DNA of 51,372 nt. It comes from a virus (taxonomy: Duplodnaviria > Caudoviricetes). The DNA is taken from IMG/VR virus record IMGVR_UViG_3300032224_001707, positions 1 through 51,372 of that record. One strand, given 5' to 3'. Position 1 is the first letter of the stretch; the number at the start of each line of letters is the position of its first letter. The notes under the pieces were generated by a model that ran no database searches, was not told the DNA's origin, and saw only the letters and a list, made by a program, of their open reading frames with translations. Position numbers and translations under genes: made by a program. Below are positions 21,112 to 30,666 of this stretch, one piece after another.

Positions 21112-21384
21112 ATGAACAATATAGAATATACAATATGTAGATATGAACTTTACCCGCCCGATTTTCATACTGCCATAGCAGTCGGATTTTTGGTAAAAGA
21201 TACATCTACAGGAAATACAGGAACAATGGAAAAGTTAATACCATTGGAAGACTCAAATGGTAAAACTCAAGGTGAAGTTTGTAATTTGGCATTTTCAAGA
21301 TTAACAACCGAAAATCAAAATTTACTTGACTATTTCCAAAAGAAAAGAGATACTATATTAGGAAGCGTATTTATTCCTAATTAA
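21112..21384 (+). CDS. Small hypothetical protein, possible tail fibre assembly/accessory protein
   Basis: 90-aa ORF directly after a fibre gene; function inferred from position only. Confidence 0.5.
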   Translation: MNNIEYTICRYELYPPDFHTAIAVGFLVKDTSTGNTGTMEKLIPLEDSNGKTQGEVCNLAFSRLTTENQNLLDYFQKKRDTILGSVFIPN

Positions 21385-21389
21385 TTAAA

Positions 21390-22415
21390 ATGTCAAATAG
21401 GTTATTGCTTACCAGCGAATACAATTTCGTATCTGGTTATAATATTTTGTTATCAACGATTTTAGAAGAATCTGTGAAAAAAAATGTCATTGTTATACCC
21501 AAATATTATAACAAACCATCAGATAAATTTAAATCTTATTTTGATAATATTCCAAACAGAGATGGTACAGAAAAAGAATTATTATTGTTTCCATCTTTTA
21601 ATTATATAGATATTCATCATTCATTATTGCATATTTTAAATGGTAAAAATAAAACATATTTTAGTATGTGGGAAGCAAGCAGAATTGGGGATTTTTATAT
21701 TGATAAAATAAATCTGTTTGATAGAGTTATAGTTCCAAACAAATGGAATAAACAAACATTTGAAAATCAAGGATGCACCAGTGAAATTTCCGTGGTAAAT
21801 CTTGGTATAGATACAAATGTTTTTAATTATACCAAACCAAATAATAATGATATTTTTACATTTGGAACTGGTAATGATGACCCAAGAAAACGATTACCAG
21901 AAGTAATAAAATGTTTTTATAAAGCATTTCCAAAAGAAAAAGATGTTCGTCTCTCTATTAAAGTATCTACACAAACAACACAAAAATTTACAGACGATAG
22001 AATTGTATTTAATACACAAAATTTTACTAAACAACAATTAAAAAATTGGTATTGTTCAAATGATGTATTCGTTTCTGCTGTAAGTGCAGAAGGATGGGGA
22101 TTAATGCAACACGAAAGTATGGCATGCGGTAGACCTGTAATTGTTGCAAATTATGGTGGATTAAAAGAATTTGTAACTCTAGAAAATAGTTTTTGTTTAA
22201 GACATATAGAAGTAGATGCAACAGGATTTTGGGAATTTCCTGGTGCAAAATGGTCTAGATACGATGAAGAACATATGATTGAAACAATGAGATATTGTTA
22301 CAATAATAGAGATAAAGTAAATGAAAAAGGTATAATTGCAAGCAAAGATGCTTGCAAATTATCCAATGAATTGTTTATACAAACACTATTGAAAACACTA
22401 TCAATAGACTTTTAA
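21390..22415 (+). CDS. Glycosyltransferase, GT-B fold (GT4-like)
   Basis: VIVPNKWN, LGIDT, PRKR, EGWGLMQHESMACGRPVI (E-x7-E motif). Confidence 0.85.
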   Translation: MSNRLLLTSEYNFVSGYNILLSTILEESVKKNVIVIPKYYNKPSDKFKSYFDNIPNRDGTEKELLLFPSFNYIDIHHSLLHILNGKNKTYFSMWEASRIGDFYIDKINLFDRVIVPNKWNKQTFENQGCTSEISVVNLGIDTNVFNYTKPNNNDIFTFGTGNDDPRKRLPEVIKCFYKAFPKEKDVRLSIKVSTQTTQKFTDDRIVFNTQNFTKQQLKNWYCSNDVFVSAVSAEGWGLMQHESMACGRPVIVANYGGLKEFVTLENSFCLRHIEVDATGFWEFPGAKWSRYDEEHMIETMRYCYNNRDKVNEKGIIASKDACKLSNELFIQTLLKTLSIDF

Positions 22416-23057
22416 TTTTTCGTGTCCTACAACAATATTTGGGTCAATAAATACTTTATAATTTAATCTTGTAATTTCTCTACACCAAGCAACATCTTCC
22501 ATTGTAAAGTCTTTTGAACCTCTAATATTAACAAATTCGGGTTTAAACCAAGGATATTTCATACTTTCAAATACTCCTCGTTTAACCAATATAAATCCAA
22601 ATCCTGTATAAACTACGGGAAATTTTTTGTATTTGCTTTTAAAATCATTTAATACAGTGTCATCCATAAATTGGAAACTACCATTTTGTTGGAAATAATC
22701 TTCATCCCAATATGGAACTGTTGCATAGTGTGTTCCACCATCCATTTTATATATACCGCTTACAATATCTTCTTTATGGTCCAATAATTGTTGAAATTGT
22801 TGTGGAGTAAATAATACATCGCTGTCAATCCATAACATATAATCATAATCCAATTTACCCCCATATGGTTTTTGATTTTCACCTGCTAATATATTACCAC
22901 CCAAACACATATTGCGTGCGTAATAAATATTACAACTGTATTTCTGAGAATAAATGATACTATGTCCATTGTTGTAACAATATCCTAATAAATTTGTCCA
23001 ACATTGTAAAAACTGTCCACTGTATTCTCTGCCAGGTAAACAAACCAAAATTTTCAT
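22401..23057 (-). CDS. Glycosyltransferase-like protein, GT-A fold (GT2-like)
   Basis: ARNMC, LWIDSDV (DxD), GFGFILVK, EDVAWC, VGHEK. Confidence 0.8.
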   Translation of the reverse strand: MKILVCLPGREYSGQFLQCWTNLLGYCYNNGHSIIYSQKYSCNIYYARNMCLGGNILAGENQKPYGGKLDYDYMLWIDSDVLFTPQQFQQLLDHKEDIVSGIYKMDGGTHYATVPYWDEDYFQQNGSFQFMDDTVLNDFKSKYKKFPVVYTGFGFILVKRGVFESMKYPWFKPEFVNIRGSKDFTMEDVAWCREITRLNYKVFIDPNIVVGHEKLKVY

Positions 23058-23128
23058 AAAATATAATAACTAAAATTGTACAATTATACATATATATCTT
23101 TGTTACAACCTAGAAAGGATATTATAAT

Positions 23129-23329
23129 ATGGAAAATCAACTAGCAAGATTCAGTGTTACAGAACTAAAAGCATTGGTTTATGATGAATTGGCAAAGTCA
23201 GAACAATCTCAAGCCAATATTCGAATTCTAAATCAAGAACTACGTAATCGTCTACAACCACCAGTTCCTCAAGATGGTGGACAACCAACGGTAACTAGTG
23301 CCGATTTCTCTGGCGCACCTGATGCTTAA
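23129..23329 (+). CDS. Small hypothetical coiled-coil protein
   Basis: 66-aa ORF with upstream aagga; ELKALVYDELAK...LNQEL helical pattern. Confidence 0.6.
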   Translation: MENQLARFSVTELKALVYDELAKSEQSQANIRILNQELRNRLQPPVPQDGGQPTVTSADFSGAPDA

Positions 23330-23334
23330 TTTTT

Positions 23335-23613
23335 ATGTCAGAACCAATTAAATTTACACAAGAAGAGTTGGATGCGTTGGGTAAACTCCAATCAAAGTAT
23401 CAAGAAACCACTTTCCGATTTGGTCAGTTGTATCTAGATAAATTGTCAATGGATGAAAAATTCAAACAACTAACCGAATCTGAAACAAGTTTAAAAAATA
23501 CATTTTTAGAAATTCAAAAAGAAGAAGAAACTTGGTTAAACGGTATTACTACAAAGTACGGTGAAGGATCACTATCATTGAAAGATGGTACATTTATTCC
23601 AACCAAAAAGTAA
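23335..23613 (+). CDS. Small hypothetical coiled-coil protein
   Basis: 92-aa helical ORF ending KYGEGSLSLKDGTF; followed by a terminator. Confidence 0.7.
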   Translation: MSEPIKFTQEELDALGKLQSKYQETTFRFGQLYLDKLSMDEKFKQLTESETSLKNTFLEIQKEEETWLNGITTKYGEGSLSLKDGTFIPTKK

Positions 23614-23632
23614 TATTAAAATATAATTTAAC

Positions 23633-23664
23633 AACCCACATAATTAATTTTATGTGGGTTTTTT
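23633..23664 (+). terminator. Rho-independent terminator
   Basis: aacccacataa / ttatgtgggtt stem followed by a T run. Confidence 0.85.
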
Positions 23665-23702
23665 CTTATATATATAATTTTATATTATATTTATAGAGAT
23701 AT

Positions 23703-24305
23703 ATGATAAAGTTAAAGTCTATCGTTAAAGAAATCTTTGACGCAAATTTATTAGAAAACAATGTTGAAATAATAATATATTGTGATATGGACGGCGTGTT
23801 GTGTGACTTTGATAATCAATTTGAAAAACTTACAGGTACTCCACCAAAAGAATTTGAATCAAAAAATGGTACAAAAGAATTTTGGAACGTTATCTTGAAA
23901 GAAGGTGAAAAATTCTGGTCAACTATGCAACCAATGTCAGAATTTGATTATTTTAAAACAGAATTAACCACTATCGCAACTGATGGTAGATTCAAATTAA
24001 AATTCCTTACCAGTACAAGCGCAGCTCAAATATTGAGAAATTATCCCCGTCAAGAAGCTATAGATTATATTAAAAATATAGAATCAGGTAAAAGATCTTG
24101 GTTAAGAACTCACTGGAGTGGACCAATTTCCATAATATTCAGCGATTCAGGTAAAAGTAAGGCCAAATACGCAACTCCAAATAGTATTTTACTAGATGAT
24201 TTATCTCCTAATATAGAATCATTTATTGCTTCCGGTGGTAATGGTATCATTTTCACAGATGCACATCAAGCCATAGATGAACTAAAGGCTAAAATAAAAA
24301 TATGA
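23703..24305 (+). CDS. HAD-superfamily 5'(3')-nucleotidase-like protein with N-terminal extension
   Basis: YCDMDGVLCDF (motif I), LTS, K, LLDD; N-terminus MIKLKSIVKE...NLLE. Confidence 0.8.
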   Translation: MIKLKSIVKEIFDANLLENNVEIIIYCDMDGVLCDFDNQFEKLTGTPPKEFESKNGTKEFWNVILKEGEKFWSTMQPMSEFDYFKTELTTIATDGRFKLKFLTSTSAAQILRNYPRQEAIDYIKNIESGKRSWLRTHWSGPISIIFSDSGKSKAKYATPNSILLDDLSPNIESFIASGGNGIIFTDAHQAIDELKAKIKI

Positions 24306-24982
24306 AAGTAAGAATCTATAACGATACTTTAAATCCCAATATCTGGGATAATTTTAAACTTAATCCAGAAATTAAAGAAAAACTACATCAAATAGGCAAA
24401 GATTTCTATGCAGATACAGAAACTGATGCGCCTTTAAAAGATATACTGTTTGTGGGAAGCTTAGCAAATTATAATTGGACAGATACCAGTGACTTTGATG
24501 TGCATGTAGTAATAGATTTCAAAGATGTAGATGAAAATGTAGAGCTTGTTGAAAAATTAGTCAATGCGCTTAAATCAAAATGGAATGATGAACATGATAT
24601 ACATCTAAAAGGTCACAATGTTGAAGTTTATATTCAAGATGTAACTAAAGAAAATAGATCTACAGGTGTGTATTCACTAATGCAAGATAAATGGTTAAGT
24701 GAACCACAAAAAGAAAATATCCAAATTGATAAAGAAAAAATTCAAGAAAAATATAATGATTTTGTAAGAAAAATTAATTCTGCGCTTAAAGCTCAAGATA
24801 TTAATAAGCTCAAAGCAATAATCAAAGATGTTTATGATATGCGCCAAGCAGGCTTAGATAAATCAGGAGAATTAAGCACTGAGAACTTAGTATTTAAGAT
24901 ATTGAGAAACAGGAATTATATAGAAAAACTAAAACAGGAAATTATAAACCTGTATGATAAAAAACAAAGTTTAAACAATTAA
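24302..24982 (+). CDS. Pol-beta-superfamily nucleotidyltransferase
   Basis: GSLANYNW...SDFDVH (GS..DxD), VEVYIQD. Confidence 0.75.
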   Translation: MKVRIYNDTLNPNIWDNFKLNPEIKEKLHQIGKDFYADTETDAPLKDILFVGSLANYNWTDTSDFDVHVVIDFKDVDENVELVEKLVNALKSKWNDEHDIHLKGHNVEVYIQDVTKENRSTGVYSLMQDKWLSEPQKENIQIDKEKIQEKYNDFVRKINSALKAQDINKLKAIIKDVYDMRQAGLDKSGELSTENLVFKILRNRNYIEKLKQEIINLYDKKQSLNN

Positions 24983-25010
24983 AAGCGCATCAAGCGCATT
25001 GCGTATGCAA

Positions 25011-25038
25011 ATTATACAAACTCTGTTAAATCTGTCAA
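25011..25038 (-). promoter_or_regulatory. Consensus sigma70-type promoter TTGACA-N16-TATAAT on the minus strand
   Basis: + strand reads attata (25011-16)...tgtcaa (25033-38). Confidence 0.55.
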
Positions 25039-25042
25039 GATT

Positions 25043-26548
25043 TTATAGTGTTATAGTTAAAAAATATTTTCCATGTCCACAATCCCAGATTCTATCATAA
25101 CCATTATTTTTCATATTTTCCCATTCGCTTAACGAATGGTTGTATATTTTTAATAATTTTTCTAATTTATGTTTTTGGAAACTCATGCGGTGTCTAATAT
25201 CTTTATAATTATTAATTAGATAGTGATAATTAGGAGGTGTATGACTTACGAATTTGAATCCTAGAGTTTCATAAATTTTACCCGTAAAATATCTTCTATC
25301 ACTATAACTTACAATATTCTTTGGATTATAGTGTTTAATAAAATGTTTTAATAGTTTACTTGCGCCACCATTAACTATAGTATTAATACTGTTACAAAAT
25401 CTTACCAATTCCCAATCACTTGTTTTATCAAATCGTGACGATTTTCTAAATGTCATAATACTAACCAAATCATCTTTAAGATATATTCCTAATTTGATTG
25501 TAGATTTATCTTCTCCTTGTAAATGGTTGTTATTTAAAAACTTATTTTTATCCGATTCATTTATTTCTTTGATTTTGCAATCCCTTGCGTTAATTTTAAC
25601 AAATGTATTTGTTCTTGTCAAGATTTTAATAATTGATTTAACAATTTCCATTTTATGTATCCATTCATTTTCAAATATATGAATCAATGATATACCATAA
25701 AAACTACAAGACTTTGTTTTATTCAAGTGATAGTTTTTATTGATACCACCACTATTTTCACTGTGCCAATACAATCCATTTATTTCAAACGCAAGTTTTA
25801 AACTGGGAATATAAAAATCCAATTCTTTACCATTCAACACAGTTCTATCGTTTCTTTTAACAATTGTGTCTTTTGGCAGAATTTCTATTAAAAAGTTATA
25901 AAATTGATTTTCAACTGTGGTAATTTTCTCTGGATGACAATAATCACAGAATAAATTGTTTAAATTATAAACCGTACTTTCTAGTGTTTTATCACATACA
26001 TCACATTTGAATTTATAAAGATTACTAAAGTGATAACCTTTGTAATCCTCTTCACTGCATAGGAATTGCAACTTGTTACTATTACAGTAATTTACTAGGA
26101 ACTCATAGTGGTTTGATTTCTTAGTATGTGATCGTTTATCAAGAACAGATTTGATCTTAGCCGCATTATCTACACCGTATTTATCCATCATAGTAGATTT
26201 AGTTTGTTCTACATTAGAATAATTCTCATCCCCATACTTTTCTAACATTGTTTTTTTAACTTTATTTCTATATTCTGGAAGTTTACTGTAACTATCCACT
26301 CCATATTTTTCAAGAATTGCTGATTTAAAGTTGGATTTTACCACATCCGTAGTCATTGGATGTCCACCATATTTTTCGTCAAAAGTCTTTTTTTGTCCGT
26401 CAATTATCTTTTGTTTTGTAGAACTATCACTGTTACTACACTTTTTACTACAAAAGACTTTTGGTTTACTTACCCTACATTCAAACACATCATTACAAAA
26501 TTTGCAATGTATAGTCAACCAATTTTTTGAATTTTTAGATCTTGACAT
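25043..26548 (-). CDS. Hef-like putative homing endonuclease: Zn-finger + KYG repeats + Vsr/PD-(D/E)xK-like nuclease + GNAT/Mom-like C-terminal domain
   Basis: CKFC...FCSKKC; EKYGVD repeats; ELDFYIP...FEINGLYWH; ELVRFC...GGASKLL...SYSDRR...RIWDCG. Confidence 0.7.
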   Translation of the reverse strand: MSRSKNSKNWLTIHCKFCNDVFECRVSKPKVFCSKKCSNSDSSTKQKIIDGQKKTFDEKYGGHPMTTDVVKSNFKSAILEKYGVDSYSKLPEYRNKVKKTMLEKYGDENYSNVEQTKSTMMDKYGVDNAAKIKSVLDKRSHTKKSNHYEFLVNYCNSNKLQFLCSEEDYKGYHFSNLYKFKCDVCDKTLESTVYNLNNLFCDYCHPEKITTVENQFYNFLIEILPKDTIVKRNDRTVLNGKELDFYIPSLKLAFEINGLYWHSENSGGINKNYHLNKTKSCSFYGISLIHIFENEWIHKMEIVKSIIKILTRTNTFVKINARDCKIKEINESDKNKFLNNNHLQGEDKSTIKLGIYLKDDLVSIMTFRKSSRFDKTSDWELVRFCNSINTIVNGGASKLLKHFIKHYNPKNIVSYSDRRYFTGKIYETLGFKFVSHTPPNYHYLINNYKDIRHRMSFQKHKLEKLLKIYNHSLSEWENMKNNGYDRIWDCGHGKYFLTITL

Positions 26549-26659
26549 AATTAGTTTTTGGTTCGTATACGGTATAACTATTTAAAAATTAACTATAAAA
26601 ATTAAAAATATATTCTTTTATTTATATTTATAATAAACAACAAATAAGGATTTAAAAAT

Positions 26660-27151
26660 ATGGCAGATCTACTAAATAGCAACGAAATATTCTTTACTAC
26701 ATTTGAACCAAAAGTAAAGAATAGATTTATATTATATTGTGACGGTATCCCAAGTTTCTTAATTAAGAAGTGCAAGAGACCATCACCAAAAAGCGAAAAG
26801 AAAACCCTTGACCATATCAATATTCAAAGATATTATAAGGGTAAGACTACTTGGGACGATGTATCAATTGAGCTATATGATCCAATTGTACCATCTGGTG
26901 CGCAAGCAGTAATGGAGTGGATTCGCCTTGGTCACGAATCTGTTACTGGGCGTGATGGATATAGTGATTTTTATAAGAAAGATTTAACCATCAATGTTCT
27001 TGGACCTGTAGGTGATAAAGTAGAAGAATGGACACTTAAAGGTGCATTTATTACTAGTGCAGATTTCGGTGAATTGGACTGGTCTGACAGTGGTGAAGCT
27101 ATGTCAATTAGCTTAACTTTAAGCATTGACTACGCAATTTTACAATATTGA
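26660..27151 (+). CDS. Tail tube protein (T4 gp19-like)
   Basis: FEPKVKNRF, GKTTWDDVSIELYD, VEEWTLKGAFITSADFGELDW; aagga RBS and tandem TATTTATA upstream. Confidence 0.85.
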   Translation: MADLLNSNEIFFTTFEPKVKNRFILYCDGIPSFLIKKCKRPSPKSEKKTLDHINIQRYYKGKTTWDDVSIELYDPIVPSGAQAVMEWIRLGHESVTGRDGYSDFYKKDLTINVLGPVGDKVEEWTLKGAFITSADFGELDWSDSGEAMSISLTLSIDYAILQY

Positions 27152-27173
27152 TTCATTCAAAAAATATTCTTTT

Positions 27174-27201
27174 ACCCTCTATTAAAACTAGAGGGTTTTT
27201 T
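27174..27201 (+). terminator. Rho-independent terminator after the tail tube gene
   Basis: accctcta-ttaaaac-tagagggt followed by a T run. Confidence 0.85.
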
Positions 27202-27249
27202 ATTGATTTTTAATCAAAATGGTTTATACTTATATATGAAAGTGTAAGT

Positions 27250-28908
27250 ATGAATAAAGAATATATTAATAAAATTATAAAATCAAATCCGGACAGTTAT
27301 GTTCAGATAATAAAATCTAAACATAAGGATTTTTATAATCAGATAAATGTTGAATATTCTGGCAAAACATTTGGGGAAAAATTATATAAAAGTATATACG
27401 GAGAAAAAAAATGTAAAGTTTGTAACATTGTTACTAAATTTAAATCATTTATTGTTGGTTATTCAGAATATTGCAGTAAGAAGTGTAGTAATATATCTAC
27501 TGTTAGTGCAAGAACAAATACACTGATTGAAAAAAATAAACAAAATAGACATTTATATTATGAAACTAAAGTGTGTTTGGTGTGTAGTATAGATTTTGAA
27601 TCCTTAATTTACAGAAATCAAAAATGTTGTAGTGTTAAATGTAGTGGTGTATATGTTGCTAAAGATATTAATCGTGTAGATAAAATTAAAAGTACCAAAT
27701 TAAATCGTTATGGAAGTGCAACATATGTTAATGCTGAAAAAGCAAAATTAACTTGTATAGAAAAATATGGAGTAGATAATATATCAAAAACGGAATATTT
27801 TAAGGAATTGGCAAAAAACGAATCTAAAAAAAGATTTTTTGACAATATTTTAAATCATAAATTATCAACGGTTGCAATTCCATTATTTACACAAGAAGAT
27901 TATATTTCAACAGATAAGAACAATTTATATAAATTTAAATGCAAACAATGTAATGATATATTTGAAGATCATATTGACGGTGGACATTTGCCTAGATGTT
28001 TAAAATGTTATCCATATATTGCAGGTTTTAGTCACAATGAAAAAGAAATAGTAAATTATGTTAAAAGTTTACTTGGTGATATAGATTTGATTGAAAATGA
28101 TAGAAATATACTTAACGGATTAGAATTGGATGTATATATTCCAGAAAAGAAAATAGCAATTGAATATAATGGTTTGTATTGGCACAGTGAAAATGCAGGT
28201 GGTAAAGATAAAAATTATCATTTGAATAAAACAAAGATATGTGAATCTAAAGGAATAAGACTTATTCATATATTTGAAGATGAATGGGTATACAATAAAA
28301 ATATTGTAAAAACCAAATTAAAACATATTATAGGCAAATCAAATGAAAAATCTATATACGCTAGAAATTGCACTATTAAAGTTATAGATGATTGCAAATT
28401 GTTTCTTAATGAAAATCATATACAAGGAGACTGTTCATCGTCTATTAAACTTGGTGCCTACTATAACAATTTATTGGTTGCGGTAATGACATTTGGTAAA
28501 AAAAGAAAGTCCTTGGGTTATACCAACAAAGATAAAAATGAATATGAATTAATCAGATTTGCAACAAATCAAAGAATAGTTGGTATTGCTGGTAAATTAT
28601 TAAAACATTTTATTAAAAATTATAATCCATATAAAATTATAACTTATGCTGATAAAAGATATAGTGTTGGTAACTTGTATGAAGTATTGGGTTTTATTAA
28701 AATAAAAGATACCAAACCAAATTATTGGTATTTTGAATGTGGAAATGATATTAGATGGCATAGATATGGATTCGCAAAACATACATTATCAAATAAATTA
28801 AAAAACTATGACAATTCATTGAGTGAATGGGAAAATATGAAAAATAATGGTTATGATAGAATTTGGGATTGTGGACATTCAAAATATCAATGGATTAAAA
28901 AAGACTAA
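27250..28908 (+). CDS. Second Hef-like putative homing endonuclease (paralogue of 25043..26548)
   Basis: CKVC...YCSKKC, CLVC...CCSVKC; EKYGVDN; ELDVYIP...IEYNGLYWH; ELIRFA...TYADKR...RIWDCGH. Confidence 0.7.
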   Translation: MNKEYINKIIKSNPDSYVQIIKSKHKDFYNQINVEYSGKTFGEKLYKSIYGEKKCKVCNIVTKFKSFIVGYSEYCSKKCSNISTVSARTNTLIEKNKQNRHLYYETKVCLVCSIDFESLIYRNQKCCSVKCSGVYVAKDINRVDKIKSTKLNRYGSATYVNAEKAKLTCIEKYGVDNISKTEYFKELAKNESKKRFFDNILNHKLSTVAIPLFTQEDYISTDKNNLYKFKCKQCNDIFEDHIDGGHLPRCLKCYPYIAGFSHNEKEIVNYVKSLLGDIDLIENDRNILNGLELDVYIPEKKIAIEYNGLYWHSENAGGKDKNYHLNKTKICESKGIRLIHIFEDEWVYNKNIVKTKLKHIIGKSNEKSIYARNCTIKVIDDCKLFLNENHIQGDCSSSIKLGAYYNNLLVAVMTFGKKRKSLGYTNKDKNEYELIRFATNQRIVGIAGKLLKHFIKNYNPYKIITYADKRYSVGNLYEVLGFIKIKDTKPNYWYFECGNDIRWHRYGFAKHTLSNKLKNYDNSLSEWENMKNNGYDRIWDCGHSKYQWIKKD

Positions 28909-28922
28909 TATATTTATTGTAT

Positions 28923-29768
28923 ATGAAAAAACATGTAGCATTTGCATTTGGTAGATTCAATCCTCCTACAATTGGACACAAAAAGTTAATTGATACTGTA
29001 GTTGACGCATCTAATGGTGGTGATTTTTATATTTTTACAAGTCAATCACAAGATCCTGATAAAAATCCATTGGATTATCAAACCAAAGTAAATTTCTTAA
29101 AGAAACTATTTCCTGATATACAAGATAAAATTGTATATGATGTATCAATTAAAAATGTTTTACAAGCCGCAGATAAATTAAAGGCAAATGGTTATACTGA
29201 CGCAACATTTGTTTGTGGTAGTGACAGAGTTCCAGAATTTACCAAACTATTGAATACATGGAATGGTATGGATAAAACACCACGATTTGATACTTTAAAC
29301 ATCGTAAGCAGTGGTGAAAGAGAAGATGGTGTAGAAGGAGTAGAAGGTGTAAGTGCCAGTATGGCTAGAGAATTTGTTAAAAACAATGATTTTGAATCAT
29401 TTAAAGGTACAGTGCCAAACAATCCTCAATTGGCAAAAGAATTATTCGATGCAGTAAAACAAGGAATGGTATCATCAAAGAAAAAGATAAAGGAATGTAT
29501 TATACGACTTATCAATGAAATTTTAAATGAAGATGATTCCAAAGTAAAACAAGCTACTAGAAAAACTAATTTGGCTTTATATCAACAAAGACAAGTTGAA
29601 AAGAGAGATGCGCAAGATAAGCTAAAATTAGCTACCGCCAAACAAAAAATGGCTAAATCAATTGAAGACAGAAAGAAAGCTGGGGAAGAATTAACAAAAG
29701 CTAAAGATACTGTTAAATCAAAAGATGATTTGGTTAAAGCTGCTCAAAAACAAGTTCAATCGTCTTAA
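28923..29768 (+). CDS. Cytidylyltransferase-like (HxGH) nucleotidyltransferase with basic coiled-coil C-terminal extension
   Basis: FGRFNPPTIGH, VCGSDRV, GVSASMAR; ATG at 28923 preferred over TTG 28917, which overlaps the TATTTATT motif. Confidence 0.8.
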   Translation: MKKHVAFAFGRFNPPTIGHKKLIDTVVDASNGGDFYIFTSQSQDPDKNPLDYQTKVNFLKKLFPDIQDKIVYDVSIKNVLQAADKLKANGYTDATFVCGSDRVPEFTKLLNTWNGMDKTPRFDTLNIVSSGEREDGVEGVEGVSASMAREFVKNNDFESFKGTVPNNPQLAKELFDAVKQGMVSSKKKIKECIIRLINEILNEDDSKVKQATRKTNLALYQQRQVEKRDAQDKLKLATAKQKMAKSIEDRKKAGEELTKAKDTVKSKDDLVKAAQKQVQSS

Positions 29769-29829
29769 ATTAAATAAAATAAAAATTATAACTTTATACT
29801 ATATATTGGTATACTGAAAGTTATAATTT

Positions 29830-30666
29830 ATGGACGACTATACAATTCCTATTACAAAGCCAGCTAATCAATTTGTTGGTAATGTTTCTCAACCAAAACA
29901 AGAAACTATATATCCATCCGAAGTGGTTGACTTGCCAAGTCAAGGTCATTTTTATGATAGTTCTAGTCCATTGAGTAATGGTACTATTAATTTGAAAGTA
30001 ATGACTGCAAAGGAAGAAGATATTCTTACCAATCAAAATTATATTAAAAAAGGTATTGTATTGGATAAGTTGATTGAATCACTTATAGTGGATAAAGATG
30101 TAAAGTTGGATGATTTGTTATTGGGTGACAAAAATGCTATATTTGTAGCTACCCGAAGATTTGCTTATGGTGATAGTTATGGTCCACTTCAAATTAAATG
30201 TCCATCATGTAGAGAAAACAATGAATGTACATTTAATTTAGGTGAATTAAAGTATAAAAATATAGATTTATCAAAGTATCCACCAGGATCAAATCAATTT
30301 GACTTTGTTTTGCCATATTGTAAGAAAACTGTAACTTGTAAGTTATTAACATCAGGAGATGAAAAACAAATTGACAATGAATTGAAGATGTTACAGAAAA
30401 TTAAAACTGGTAATACTTCAGAAGTTACCACCAGATTAAGATACACAATTATAGCTATTAACGGAAATGTTGATAAAGCAGAAATTAAGAAGTTTATTGA
30501 AAATGAATTTACTTCCAGAGATAGTTTGGAACTTAGAAAAATTATTAAAGAAATTACACCTGACGTAGATCTTAATTTTGATTTCAAGTGTGAACAATGT
30601 AATCATGAGGAAAGGATAGGTGTACCGCTAACGGTACAGTTTTTTTGGCCTGACTCCGGAAGATAA
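29830..30666 (+). CDS. Baseplate hub assembly / tail assembly chaperone (T4 gp26-like)
   Basis: DLPSQG, MTAKEEDIL, two CxxC pairs (CPSC, CEQC), ends FFWPD; lies upstream of the tape measure gene. Confidence 0.75.
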   Translation: MDDYTIPITKPANQFVGNVSQPKQETIYPSEVVDLPSQGHFYDSSSPLSNGTINLKVMTAKEEDILTNQNYIKKGIVLDKLIESLIVDKDVKLDDLLLGDKNAIFVATRRFAYGDSYGPLQIKCPSCRENNECTFNLGELKYKNIDLSKYPPGSNQFDFVLPYCKKTVTCKLLTSGDEKQIDNELKMLQKIKTGNTSEVTTRLRYTIIAINGNVDKAEIKKFIENEFTSRDSLELRKIIKEITPDVDLNFDFKCEQCNHEERIGVPLTVQFFWPDSGR

